Shown: piece after piece, positions 54,250-64,000 of the stretch
How the letters are laid out: every line of letters starts with the position of its first letter
How positions within the stretch are numbered: position 1 is the stretch's first letter
Assembly (NCBI GenBank): GCA_044892525.1
Contig: CM097885.1
Location: 4,342,001-4,406,000, forward strand
Direction of reading: 5' to 3'
Length of the DNA stretch: 64,000 nucleotides
Origin: Schmidtea polychroa
Taxonomy: Eukaryota
Program-made: the position numbers and the translations under genes
Notes under the pieces: generated by a model
The model's database searches: none
The model's input: only the letters and a program-made list of their open reading frames with translations
What the model was told of the DNA's origin: nothing

Positions 54250-54369
54250 TGATTGGACGGAAAATAATATATAAAGAGCGAGAAAATCTGTAGAGTATCA
54301 TTCTAACCCGAAACTCTACAGGTAAAAATTTGTTCAAATTTTAATCATTCTAACCCGAAACTCTACAGG
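54250..54369 (+). promoter_or_regulatory. E2 promoter and 26-bp direct repeat bracketing a putative 47-nt intron
   Basis: TGATTGG at 54250, TATATAAA at 54268, ATCATTCTAACCCGAAACTCTACAGG at 54297 and 54344. Confidence 0.6.
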
Positions 54370-56731
54370 ACTCACTTAAGGACTAATTTTGCAGAGTGCG
54401 AACATTTTCTATAGACAACTAGTTAAGAAACTACGAGACCGAATCTAAGCAGAAAGTGCCGAGGACTTCAACGACATCTAGGATACCGATTAATTACTGT
54501 TCTATTCGACCCAGTTTTTGAACTTCGAGGTATGAAGTCGATTGTCATTATTGTTAATAATTGGTTATGAATATGTAAATTTAATTAATAGTAAAACCAA
54601 TTTTATTCAATAAATTTATTTCGGAAAGAACAGTAGCCTTTTCTTCATGGTACCGGCCACTGTACCATCTGGAGGTTCCAAGTGTGGTGTGGTCGAGCGA
54701 AAATATGCTATAAATGATTTTCCGAGTCTGCATTCCAACAAGGTAATAGACAGCGGACGTTTTCGAAAAAATAATGAAAGTTGGAAGAAATTTTCCGGTA
54801 CGATGGGATATGCGTCGGTATGGCTCGGGAGACATCATACTTGGAGCTCAAATGGTAGGGTCGCCGGGTAAATTTAATTGATTTATTTATTTAATTTTTG
54901 CATTAATGATTTATTTCTGATTTGATTTTTGAATTGATTGGGGAGACGAGTTGATTGGTCTCTCATGACGGTGCAAGAGCGGCGGCAGAGATGAATGCCG
55001 TTCTTGGGTGTGTCATGAGGGGTGAAGAAACTCAGTAGGTCGAAGTCTAGCTGAGGAGCGAAGTTCCCTTCACCGAGCGCGATCAGCCACCTTTGTCGTC
55101 GAGAACATATTCCATAACAAAAAGGGCAGCCACGAGGATGAACCCATAGAGAACTCCAAAAAATTTTCGAATTGAACCTTCTTAGCGCTATATCCAATCG
55201 TCGTCGATTGAGCTTGAAAGTCGGCATCTACTTCGTGCACTCCTCGAAAAAATTGTCACCTGAACATCTGATTGCTAGGGATCTGTAATTGTATGAAAAT
55301 TCCAACGAGGTTCGCAGGGAATGCCATAAAGTCTGAGCTCTTCTAGGATGTACATCGCCAAGGCGTTAGGGACTAGATCCGTTTTCTTAATGATTATCGG
55401 GTTTGAGTAAACTCGTCGCTCAATTTCGACAGAAGGATAAATATTTCTTAATCATTAATCAGAGTAATTACCGTAACATAAAACAAGTTAGTGACGATAT
55501 TGTCTAGTGGTCAGCTGTTCGTCTCCTCGTAGCTGGGAACTGTCTTCCGCAGATGTCTGGAAAAGTTTAGATAAGCTATCTAGCACATGAGTTGCGAGCG
55601 AAGGCCGTCGAGTAAATAAGCCCACTGTTCTTATCTCGATATCAGCATAGTAGTGGAAGACCTAATCAACCCACGCGGTAGTAGGAAATCACTTAGTTTT
55701 ATCTGTCCCGCTGAAGTCAATCAGAGATTTTGGACCAACTATACACGCCCGTATGAAGGCCAACATTTTGAGTAGAGAGTATGTCAATGCACACCTACAC
55801 CGGAATCGGGGAATGACACACAGAATAGCACATAAGCCCGTAGCTACAATCTCTAGCGGAAAGCACTAACTCATCAAATTCGAGGCATCCTTCATTCGTT
55901 ATAAATAATTTCTGTCGCAACGGTTGGTTACTAGAGATATGATAACAACTTCTGTAGAAATAAAGTACTAAAATGATTCGTTACCGTTTTAAAGAATTCA
56001 TCTGATTCATATACAACAAACTAAATTACGTAATCGACGGAAATTACCAGCAGTGTGTAGAGTAACAAATATAGAACAGGACCAAATTAAAAATGGAAGC
56101 ATAATTAGTTGGGTAAATTTGATAAACTAAGTACAGTGACGAATGAGATTCCAAAGAATTAACCCACAACGTGATTTTTAAAAAGGGGATGTTGTTTGAG
56201 ATAAAGTGACAAAATAGATTTTAAAAATAAGATTAATTGTACGATACACTCACGAGAAATCCGAATATTACTATGATGGGGTTGAAATAGATCAAACCGC
56301 AAGTAGCTGAATTTTGTGTTCAAGAATAACAGTAGATAGAACTCCAGACACCAATTAAAGACATAATCGGTTAAAAATATTTTGTTCAATCTTATCAATT
56401 GCATTTTACGTCACTAATAAGATCAAACACACTTTACCCTGTGGGAAAATAGCATTTCAAGTTAAGACTTAAAATGACCAGGCGTAAGAAGAGCAAGTCT
56501 AAAAGGTAAACCGACACTAAATGAATCATCCTGAGGTTTCCCCGATTTTCTTCTCCTAATGAGGCAGGGATTAGGTGGGTCGGTTTGAATGTTTGCGGGG
56601 AAATGAGTATGAATGTCGACAAATGGTTGTGAATGAGTGGAATGATTGATAAGGTGACGGAACTCATATTCAAAATTATAGATTTCGCGTAAATAATCTT
56701 ACTGATTCCCACATAATTTCTTGATTTCCAG

Positions 56732-57361
56732 ATGACTCCAACCAAATCCACCAAGGAACTTCGTCCGTGCTTCTCATGTGCAGATAAAAATGCCGACATA
56801 GCACAACTTCACCTATACATCGGGGCACTAAAGAAGAGAATCGATCTTTATGAGGGTACGTGGTTCTCCCCGCCACAAATGGAAGAGGAGCGGAGTAAGA
56901 TTCTTCGATTAGAACACTGCAGAGACAGCCTCCTGGAGGAGAGCCGCTGTCAAAGGCTGACCATTAAAGCCCAGTCCGAAGCCCTCCACAAGGTTTATAC
57001 GGAGGCGGAACTGGCCAAGCGGGTACGTGAGTTTCCAGTCTTGGAGAGCACAAATGTCTTCCCACTCCATCATCAAGTATCTCAATCAACTATAACCAAC
57101 TGCCAAGGGCATGGTTCATATCTACCACCCGTTCCGGCTCCAACATTATCGGGTTATCAACCATTGGTAGGTGGACCCACCGACCCTATCTTAGCTCCAA
57201 TCCTAGTGGCACCCGTCGTCTCCTCGAGCGCGGGAACTGTCATCTCGCAAACGGAAACGGCCAACCCGGGCCGAGAAAAATCAGAAACGCCGAGATGCGA
57301 TGGCCGCACTCGAAGCGTCACTATCTGCAGCCAAATCCACCATAAAAGAAATATCTTCTAG
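56732..57361 (+). CDS. E2 protein: CxxC + coiled coil with EGTWFSP motif, 209 aa (3' end possibly frameshifted into 57300-57485)
   Basis: ATG directly follows an acceptor-like TTTCCAG; homologous to the 49865 and 59572 ORFs. Confidence 0.65.
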   Translation: MTPTKSTKELRPCFSCADKNADIAQLHLYIGALKKRIDLYEGTWFSPPQMEEERSKILRLEHCRDSLLEESRCQRLTIKAQSEALHKVYTEAELAKRVREFPVLESTNVFPLHHQVSQSTITNCQGHGSYLPPVPAPTLSGYQPLVGGPTDPILAPILVAPVVSSSAGTVISQTETANPGREKSETPRCDGRTRSVTICSQIHHKRNIF

Positions 57362-57805
57362 CCACTCAATTCCCACTAAAGAAATCTTCCGTATAATTCC
57401 GGCAGAAGGCATTAAGTATATTTACAACCAACGATTGCCGGTCGATATCGACGAAATACTTGCGGACGGAGAACCCTTCGGTTAATCGATTCCAGTTTGC
57501 CTTGGTTTTCTGCAGGGTTCCGAAGCGAACTGGAATGTTTATAAATGCTGAACATTTGAATTTGACACAGTTCTTGGTTACTCTGAATGTAGTGATTTGT
57601 TATGGGCTTAATATATCTCTTATTGTTTCTGGTGATTGATTTTAACATGTGTGATATCGAAGTCAGTACGAACAAAAGGATGATGTCGGATGAAGGTAGT
57701 AAAACAAGGTCGTCCCCTTGGACCAGGGTCGGACTGAATTATGTACGAAGAACTGGGTAAGACCTCCTAAGGCGCCATGGAACCCGAAACGAGAAAGGGT
57801 TGGGA

Positions 57806-57985
57806 GTAGTCCTAAGGCAGGGGCTCACCTGCTAACCTTTTCCAACCCGTGTGAGCAGCAGCAACGTGGAACATCACCACGGGCTCATGCGTGGGAATAT
57901 GTACATGGTCATTTGGAGTATGTATGGGAAGTGTCTGAGCGGAACGATGATGCTTGGTATGTGTGATGGTAATGCGTGCATATTT
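57806..57985 (+). ncRNA. Conserved structured element, copy 2
   Basis: CGTGTGAGC / GCTCATGCG stem, bulge AGCAGCAA, CGTGG...CCACG hairpin. Confidence 0.7.
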
Positions 57986-59038
57986 TTCTCTTCCCCACAT
58001 ACGCCAACATTATTACTACTATCATCATTAGTATTATCGTTATTGTTACCCTTATTATCATCATCGTTACAACTATTACCATTATTAATTTTGTTACTAT
58101 TATTATATGATTAGTCTCCGAAAATAAAAATTTGATCAAAATATCGATTTAAGATTTCCCCCCATAACTAAATTTAGCACTAACCCCTTTACTCCAATAG
58201 GAATGATCATAATTCCTAAAATCTAATTTTAGTAACACCCCCTCCCAGAGAAAATGTTGGGATCATTTATCCTAAGCGAGAATATAGTAATCAAGCCCTT
58301 CGGGTTACTAAGAAGTGTACGAACCATCAATACATAAAATAATGTTGTCAATCTCGGTTAAATTATAAAAGTAGATTTTCTTAACATACAAAAGCATTAT
58401 TGCTTGGATCTTCAAATTTTAGCTTTAATAAACTGTAAGCACGAAATATTTATAATACAGGGAACGAATTTACCAGTGGGGAATCGTAGGACGACCCTCT
58501 AAAGCTAAAATAATTCATTTCCATCCAATCTTCTATCAATTATATCTAAAATTTAAAATTTAATGTTAATAGGCAAATTACCCAAAGGAGATTGTACCAC
58601 TCAGGACGAGCGCAACTGGAGGAGAGGTAAATAGACGAGAAGCTAGGCTCGCTACTAGTACCCGTCACCCCAGCGTGCCCGAATTTAGTGGCATAAGAAA
58701 TTTAATGATCTAAAACTTTAAAATTTTATAAATCCTAAATTAGAATTTATAAATTATAATGTAAATTACCACTTAGTGATAAACAAAATTTTATGGATTT
58801 AATTAATTAGTTAAAACAAACGGATTTTGGATAAAATTCCTTTTGCTATTCAGTTGATAAAATATGGAATTTCACTCCATTGTGCCTAAGATTTACCGAT
58901 TCCAGCCATAAAATGAGATTTATTGTTACTTATTTTTCTTCTTAAAGTTCCTGAAGAAAAAACAGGGGGTTAACAAAAGCCTAGGTTTAATTCATAACAA
59001 AATCGGTTTAAAGTGCCCTGATTACTATTTTTGCAGAA

Positions 59039-59404
59039 ATGTCCTACTCTGACAGCAGTAGTAACGAAGAAGCCGATCGACAATTGATCACCCGGCTCCG
59101 TACACGGTACATATGGTACCGTATCCACGATTGGAATCGTGGATTGGATCTCGACAACTTCGGTCCAGTTATCCGAAGCGGCCCAGAACCTGATGCCCCG
59201 GCGTGGGTAAAAACAGAGCCATCGAACGATTCGTTGCAGGAGGCCCGCGACCGAGCGGCCTTCGAGGTAGATGCAGCCCAGATGCGATTGAGGAAAATCG
59301 ACTTGCAAATCCGGGCAAACAAGGAAGGGAAAACCGTAGAGGACCTAGAAGAGGCCGAGTCAACCCCGCGGAAGAGGGGAAGGCCTCGCAAGTGTCCGAC
59401 CTGA
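59039..59404 (+). CDS. E3 small protein with C-terminal AT-hook, 121 aa
   Basis: RKRGRPRK at the C-terminus; acceptor-like TTTTTGCAG 2 nt before the ATG; AATAAA at ~59489. Confidence 0.6.
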   Translation: MSYSDSSSNEEADRQLITRLRTRYIWYRIHDWNRGLDLDNFGPVIRSGPEPDAPAWVKTEPSNDSLQEARDRAAFEVDAAQMRLRKIDLQIRANKEGKTVEDLEEAESTPRKRGRPRKCPT

Positions 59405-59571
59405 CTCATTGTCGATTCTTTTCGTAAATATCATCAGCCACGACTTAATTGAACTTTAATTTTAGTGATGGATTATTTTACTCCTTTTAATAAATTATCT
59501 TATGAATTGCGTGTTTATTATCTAAAAATATCGTTATGTGTAATATTGACCTTATTATATAAATTGAATGA

Positions 59572-60039
59572 GTGGTATGCTACAAGAAGGTAATCATTGA
59601 ATTTTGTCTAGTGTTCAAACTATTTGAAAATCTACGAAAGGACAGAGAAGAAGCCCAAAAACAGGCCGAGGAGCTCCGCGTACGAGTGGACAAGCTCAAA
59701 GGGAGGTGCCGGGAACTCGAAGGCACCTGGTTCAGTCCCGAGGACATGAAAAAGGTAGCGTAGGTCCTCCAACTACAGACTCAAGCCACGCAGGATCAGA
59801 TGGAGATCCGGGCACTGAAGCTCCAACTCCGCGCGTTAGAAACCGAGCGCAATGAGCAAGTGGTTCACGGGGCCGCAATCAGCCAAATCCGGCCGTTGAC
59901 CGTGGAGTTAGCAGCAATATACCCTCCGGCCGTGAAAGAGAAACCCAAAAGAAAGCGTTTGGGACGGAACATCCGGGAAAAATTAAAGAAGGCTAGATTA
60001 GCCGAGTATGAGCGACAAGAAAGGTCGACATCAACGTAA
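59572..60039 (+). pseudogene. E3 coiled-coil EGTWFSP protein with an in-frame TAG at 59761
   Basis: ORFs 59572 and 59800 are in the same frame; EGTWFSP and KPKRKRLGR motifs are shared with the E2 and E1 proteins. Confidence 0.6.
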
Positions 60040-60245
60040 TTTCAGTAAAAAGAACAGTCACTGAGGCCATATACTTTGAATTTTTTTTTGTTGTTTATTG
60101 TCATTGTGTAATTACAAACGTAGTTAAATTAATGTCTGAGGCATGTTGTTTACAAATATTGAGTGACTGAAAATTGGCGTGTGGAAATTTTGGGAAAACA
60201 ATGTTGGTAAGGGACCTGAGGAAAATCGGACACAAACCTTCAACG

Positions 60246-60411
60246 GTAGTCCGTGAACCCATCGAGTGCTCGATAATTATAGTGCCTTGGTGCGCTCACT
60301 TTTTGCGAGCACTTAACCCTTGGTACAGTACCAACGTTGATTACTCAACGGGTACCAAGCGGAAAGACACATGTTGTATTTTGGGTTACGCTGGTAACAG
60401 CACTGAATAAC
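60246..60411 (+). ncRNA. Conserved structured element, copy 3
   Basis: CTTGGTAC / GTACCAAG stem, bulge AGTACCAA, CGTTGA-TTAC-TCAACG hairpin, downstream GCTG-GTAA-CAGC. Confidence 0.7.
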
Positions 60412-60959
60412 AAATATCCGACCACCTGTAACCCACCACGAGTAGCACCCCAGCACTATATATTGTTTGAGTGAAAATATCTCAAGGTGTTTAAAAAATG
60501 TGTAAATTCAAAAATAGTGCACTAAAAATGAAATATCACAATTTTGATTACGGCAGTCTCATTTAAAAGAGAATGAAATATAATCAACGATTTAAAAATA
60601 AAATTTTTTAAAAAAATTAAGTGTCCAAAAATTTTTTTAAAAAGTAGGGGGGGGGTATCAGATGCCCAAAAAAACTTGGTGAGAGTCGAGGATTCCTGTT
60701 GGGCTGGAGTCCACACAACTACCTACTACAACAATTCACTGAATGAATAATTTTGGAGCTGCATGTATTTAAGGTTGAAACCAGAAAAACAGGACGATGT
60801 TAAGAAAAGGTATTTAACTTGTTCAATTTGTAAAGAAAATCAAGTTTCGGTTTTGTTTTTGTTTCTACCGTGTATTGAACAAAAATACCTTTTCTTAACA
60901 TCGTTCAGTTTAATGGACTAAGATTTTTATTTTATAATTTAATTTATTGATTAGTTTTA

Positions 60960-61290
60960 TTCAGGTTTGCCAAATTGGTACTCAATTATTGGGAAACCAA
61001 TTTCTTGGATTTTATTCAATGGATAAAATTCCATATTTGAGAAATAATCAAGCCATAATCGTCAATACTCATACATTTAGTTTAGGAGGTGAACATTGGA
61101 TTGCTATATATGTGAAACCAAACCGAGTATATATTTTTATATGCATTCGATCTCTTTGGATATTATTACCCAAATTTATTAATTAATAAATTACAAACTA
61201 TTGCTAAACTTATTGTATATAATCAAACTCGGTATTAACATCCATTTTCAATTATGTGTGGCCAACATTATCTTGCATGGTTGTTATCAA
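60960..61290 (+). pseudogene. Adenain-like (Polinton) cysteine protease, degenerate
   Basis: FLGFYSMD..IIVNT....GEHWIAIYV, FDLFG, LCGQH; paralogous to the 36728 fragment. Confidence 0.72.
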
Positions 61291-63199
61291 TGTATAATTT
61301 TTTTTAATAAATTTTATTGCCAAAAATGTCGTGTTATTTTATTATTTTATAAATATTATCATTTTTAACGTCTTTGTTATCTTATGTACATATACGCGGT
61401 GAGTGATATACATACCTACAATGTGAGTGTGTTCCTCGATTCTGACTAGTTCGTGAATAATAAACGTCATATATAACTATGTTTTTCATTTTTTCATCAC
61501 TTTTAAACAACATGCAAAATATCTCAAGTGATATCAAGAAAATGATTCGAAGAAACCGTATGGGTAATTTTTTCAAATATGTTTCTATTTTTATTTATAT
61601 TTTAGTCTACAATGATGGAATTAATCGAAATAATGTTTCCGGAATTTATGGTAAATTTATTTTTTTAATTATTATTATTATGATTTTTTAGTAAGTAATG
61701 GAACCGAAAATGATGGGAATAATGCAGTGCCAATCTCGGGTGCAAGAAGCCAAAATGTAAGTTTTTATAAAATTTATCAAAGTAATTTTTATGAAATTAA
61801 TTTTTATGGAAATAATAATGTTGAAAATGTTTTTATGAAGAAAATTACTATATAACCAATTGTCAAGATATTATTAAGAAATTATTATGAAATTATTATG
61901 TTTTATGAAAATATTATTATTACTATTATAATTATTTTTATAGGTTATAAATATCCAACTTTTTGTAACAGTGCTACACATCATGACTGTAACGATATTA
62001 TTGTCATAAATATAAAAGTGTAACATACTTGTTATGTCCTATATACGAAACTCTTGATAAACAACATAATCATTTAACCCAATGTATGCCTTCTAAAAAA
62101 TCAGTTTTCCAAATTGCTTATTAAAAATATATATCAATAACATAAACCACTAATAGGAACACCGAAAAAAGTACTAACTTACAAAATCGATCATTAATGG
62201 AAACAGTCAATAGATTAATTAAAAGACATTTAGAAATTCCCACAAAAAAGATGAAAGAAATAATAATCATTAGTGATGACGACGTTGTAAATAATGAAAC
62301 TATAGCAATTAGTGATGACAACGATATTGTAAATAAAGAAATTGTTGTACCCCAAGTAGTTAGTGGTATAGTCGACGTAGTTTCTGACCGGAATAGTTCC
62401 CATGTAATAGTTAGGATGGACATATCATCCTCGAATTGTGAAGTTCTTTCTGTTCCTGTCGTTCTCATAAAAAAGTTGTTAGAAGTTGTAAATAAAATGA
62501 AATCACTAAAAATTCAATTTTGTATTAGAGTTTGAGAAAAATGATGAATTTCAGTATTTCATAATATCAAACTCTGCTCGTGTTTGGAGCAACACGTTTA
62601 TTGATGATGGTATCTCTCTTTTAGATGAGAAAATTAGTAAGATAGATGAAATTGAACTAGGATTATATCTTGATGAATCTTTATCAGAAAGATATGAATT
62701 ACTTCCATGTCGACTGATATATGTAGAATATAGGAATGATTCAGAAATTCTCAATGATGAATATGTAACAGACGGAGAATTTGACAAATCTCATATAGAT
62801 TTTCTATTTGGTTTATATTTAAAATTATATTCGTTTGTATTGTATTTTCCACTAATTCCGTAGCTATTTTTATATGTTTGTTCTCAAGTTGGTCTTGAAT
62901 AAGATTTACTTGTATTATACTTCGACGGATACGAAGATTCGTAATTTCGAATCATTGAATTGCTTGTTGAGGTACCGTAATTATGCAACATATTATTAAC
63001 ATTCTTCTCCAAATTCGTAAAAAAAAAGTAACACGTTTTTAAATCAATGTTCTGAAATAATATATGTAAATAAGATTGAATTTAGTATCTGGCATTTTGC
63101 TATTCAATGTATAAATGCTTATAAAATAGAGAAATCAACCTTGCCAAATTTATCTATTATTCTAACAATTTATCAAATTTCTAAAAGACAATTTCTGCA

Positions 63200-63950
63200 A
63201 TTCGTAGGAATGGAATCTGTTGGAATGAATTAATACTTCTCCCATTAACCATTTTAACAGCTTTGTAGATGATGTAATTTCCTGTATTGCGTCATCAATT
63301 ATATAATGGTTCTTTGTTCAGGGGTCCACGTGTTACCCTAATCTCATGCACGTCTGGTCGGCTATCAAAAATTTGGATTTTTCACATGTGATCTTCGTGA
63401 GTTGTCAGGTCTTATCTCGGCTACTAATTTTCATTGAACCAGCGTCCGTCTAGCCAAGTGGAAAATTTCGCTTTAGTCAATCGAAAATCATGGAATATAT
63501 CGAGGTGATCCAACGAAAATATCTGAAGATTAGTCTCCGAACATTGATTAATCTCAATTTTTCGATTTTACGACATCGTGTTATTGGATAGGGTAATTTT
63601 CTTTTAATGTGTAATTTTTATGAAATATTTTGAACTAATAAATTTTATATTCAATTTTGTTTTGTGTTAGTTTTTCTCCGTTCTTTTCAATTAATTTAAG
63701 CCGATCAACGAGTTAATAAACTATAGTTGTTGTATGAAACTGCTGGTGATGGAGTTGATGGAAATCTTGGAAAATTTCACAATGACTTGAGTTTACCTTT
63801 TCCAAACATGACATGATACCGCATTTTTCAAGAACGTTCTTTCAGTAAAATTATTTAAGTTTTCATGATTTTCAGCTTAAGTCTGTGGCACGATTTGGCA
63901 CAGTGATCACTTAGAGAAATACCTTATTTATTGACTTTCTTAAATTTCCT
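63200..63950 (-). pseudogene. Possible degenerate retroelement integrase fragment
   Basis: Broken minus-strand frames with zinc-finger-like and core-like spacing; weak. Confidence 0.3.
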
Positions 63951-64000
63951 GCTGGTGTAACTCGTGTTCGAAGAAATGAGAATAACGAGATACGGACATT

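Larger units (their letters stand above)
53740..58009 (+). mobile_element. Element E2 (4270 bp), innermost member
   Basis: TGTTGG...CCAACA ends, 4-bp TSD TTAT, splits one degenerate ATT-rich tract; collinear with E1. Confidence 0.8.
50916..60438 (+). mobile_element. Element E3 (~5.25 kb after removing E2), inserted 13 bp from the end of E1
   Basis: TGTTGGG start, ACCCACCA end, 4-bp TSD CGAG (50912-50915 and 60439-60442). Confidence 0.75.
48166..60455 (+). mobile_element. Element E1 (own sequence 48166-50915 + 60443-60455, ~2.76 kb), outer member of a triple nest
   Basis: cGTTGGG start, CCCCAGCA end, 4-bp TSD CTAT; the reconstructed 3' end aligns with the uninterrupted copy at 39010. Confidence 0.72.

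Overview
AT-rich eukaryotic (probably invertebrate; species not identifiable from the sequence) repeat-dense region with no host gene I can call confidently. It contains: (i) two intact hAT DNA transposons with TIRs and 8-bp TSDs; (ii) a four-layer nest in which an RLE-type non-LTR retrotransposon is interrupted by a hAT, which is interrupted by Ty3/gypsy element A, which is interrupted by a very young Ty3/gypsy element B; (iii) solo LTRs related to element A, MITEs and long (AAT)n/(TA)n microsatellites; (iv) scattered Polinton/Maverick debris (pPolB, integrase, minor capsid, adenain-like protease). The most unusual part is 48166-60455: three multi-kb elements with TGTTGGG...CCAACA-like ends, each with its own 4-bp TSD, nested one inside another, with no recognisable RT, integrase or transposase. 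They carry a CCAAT/TATA promoter, apparently spliced ORFs for a shared small coiled-coil protein family, and a strongly covarying RNA stem-bulge-stem near the 3' end. All calls were made by eye from motifs and alignments; no database searches were run.
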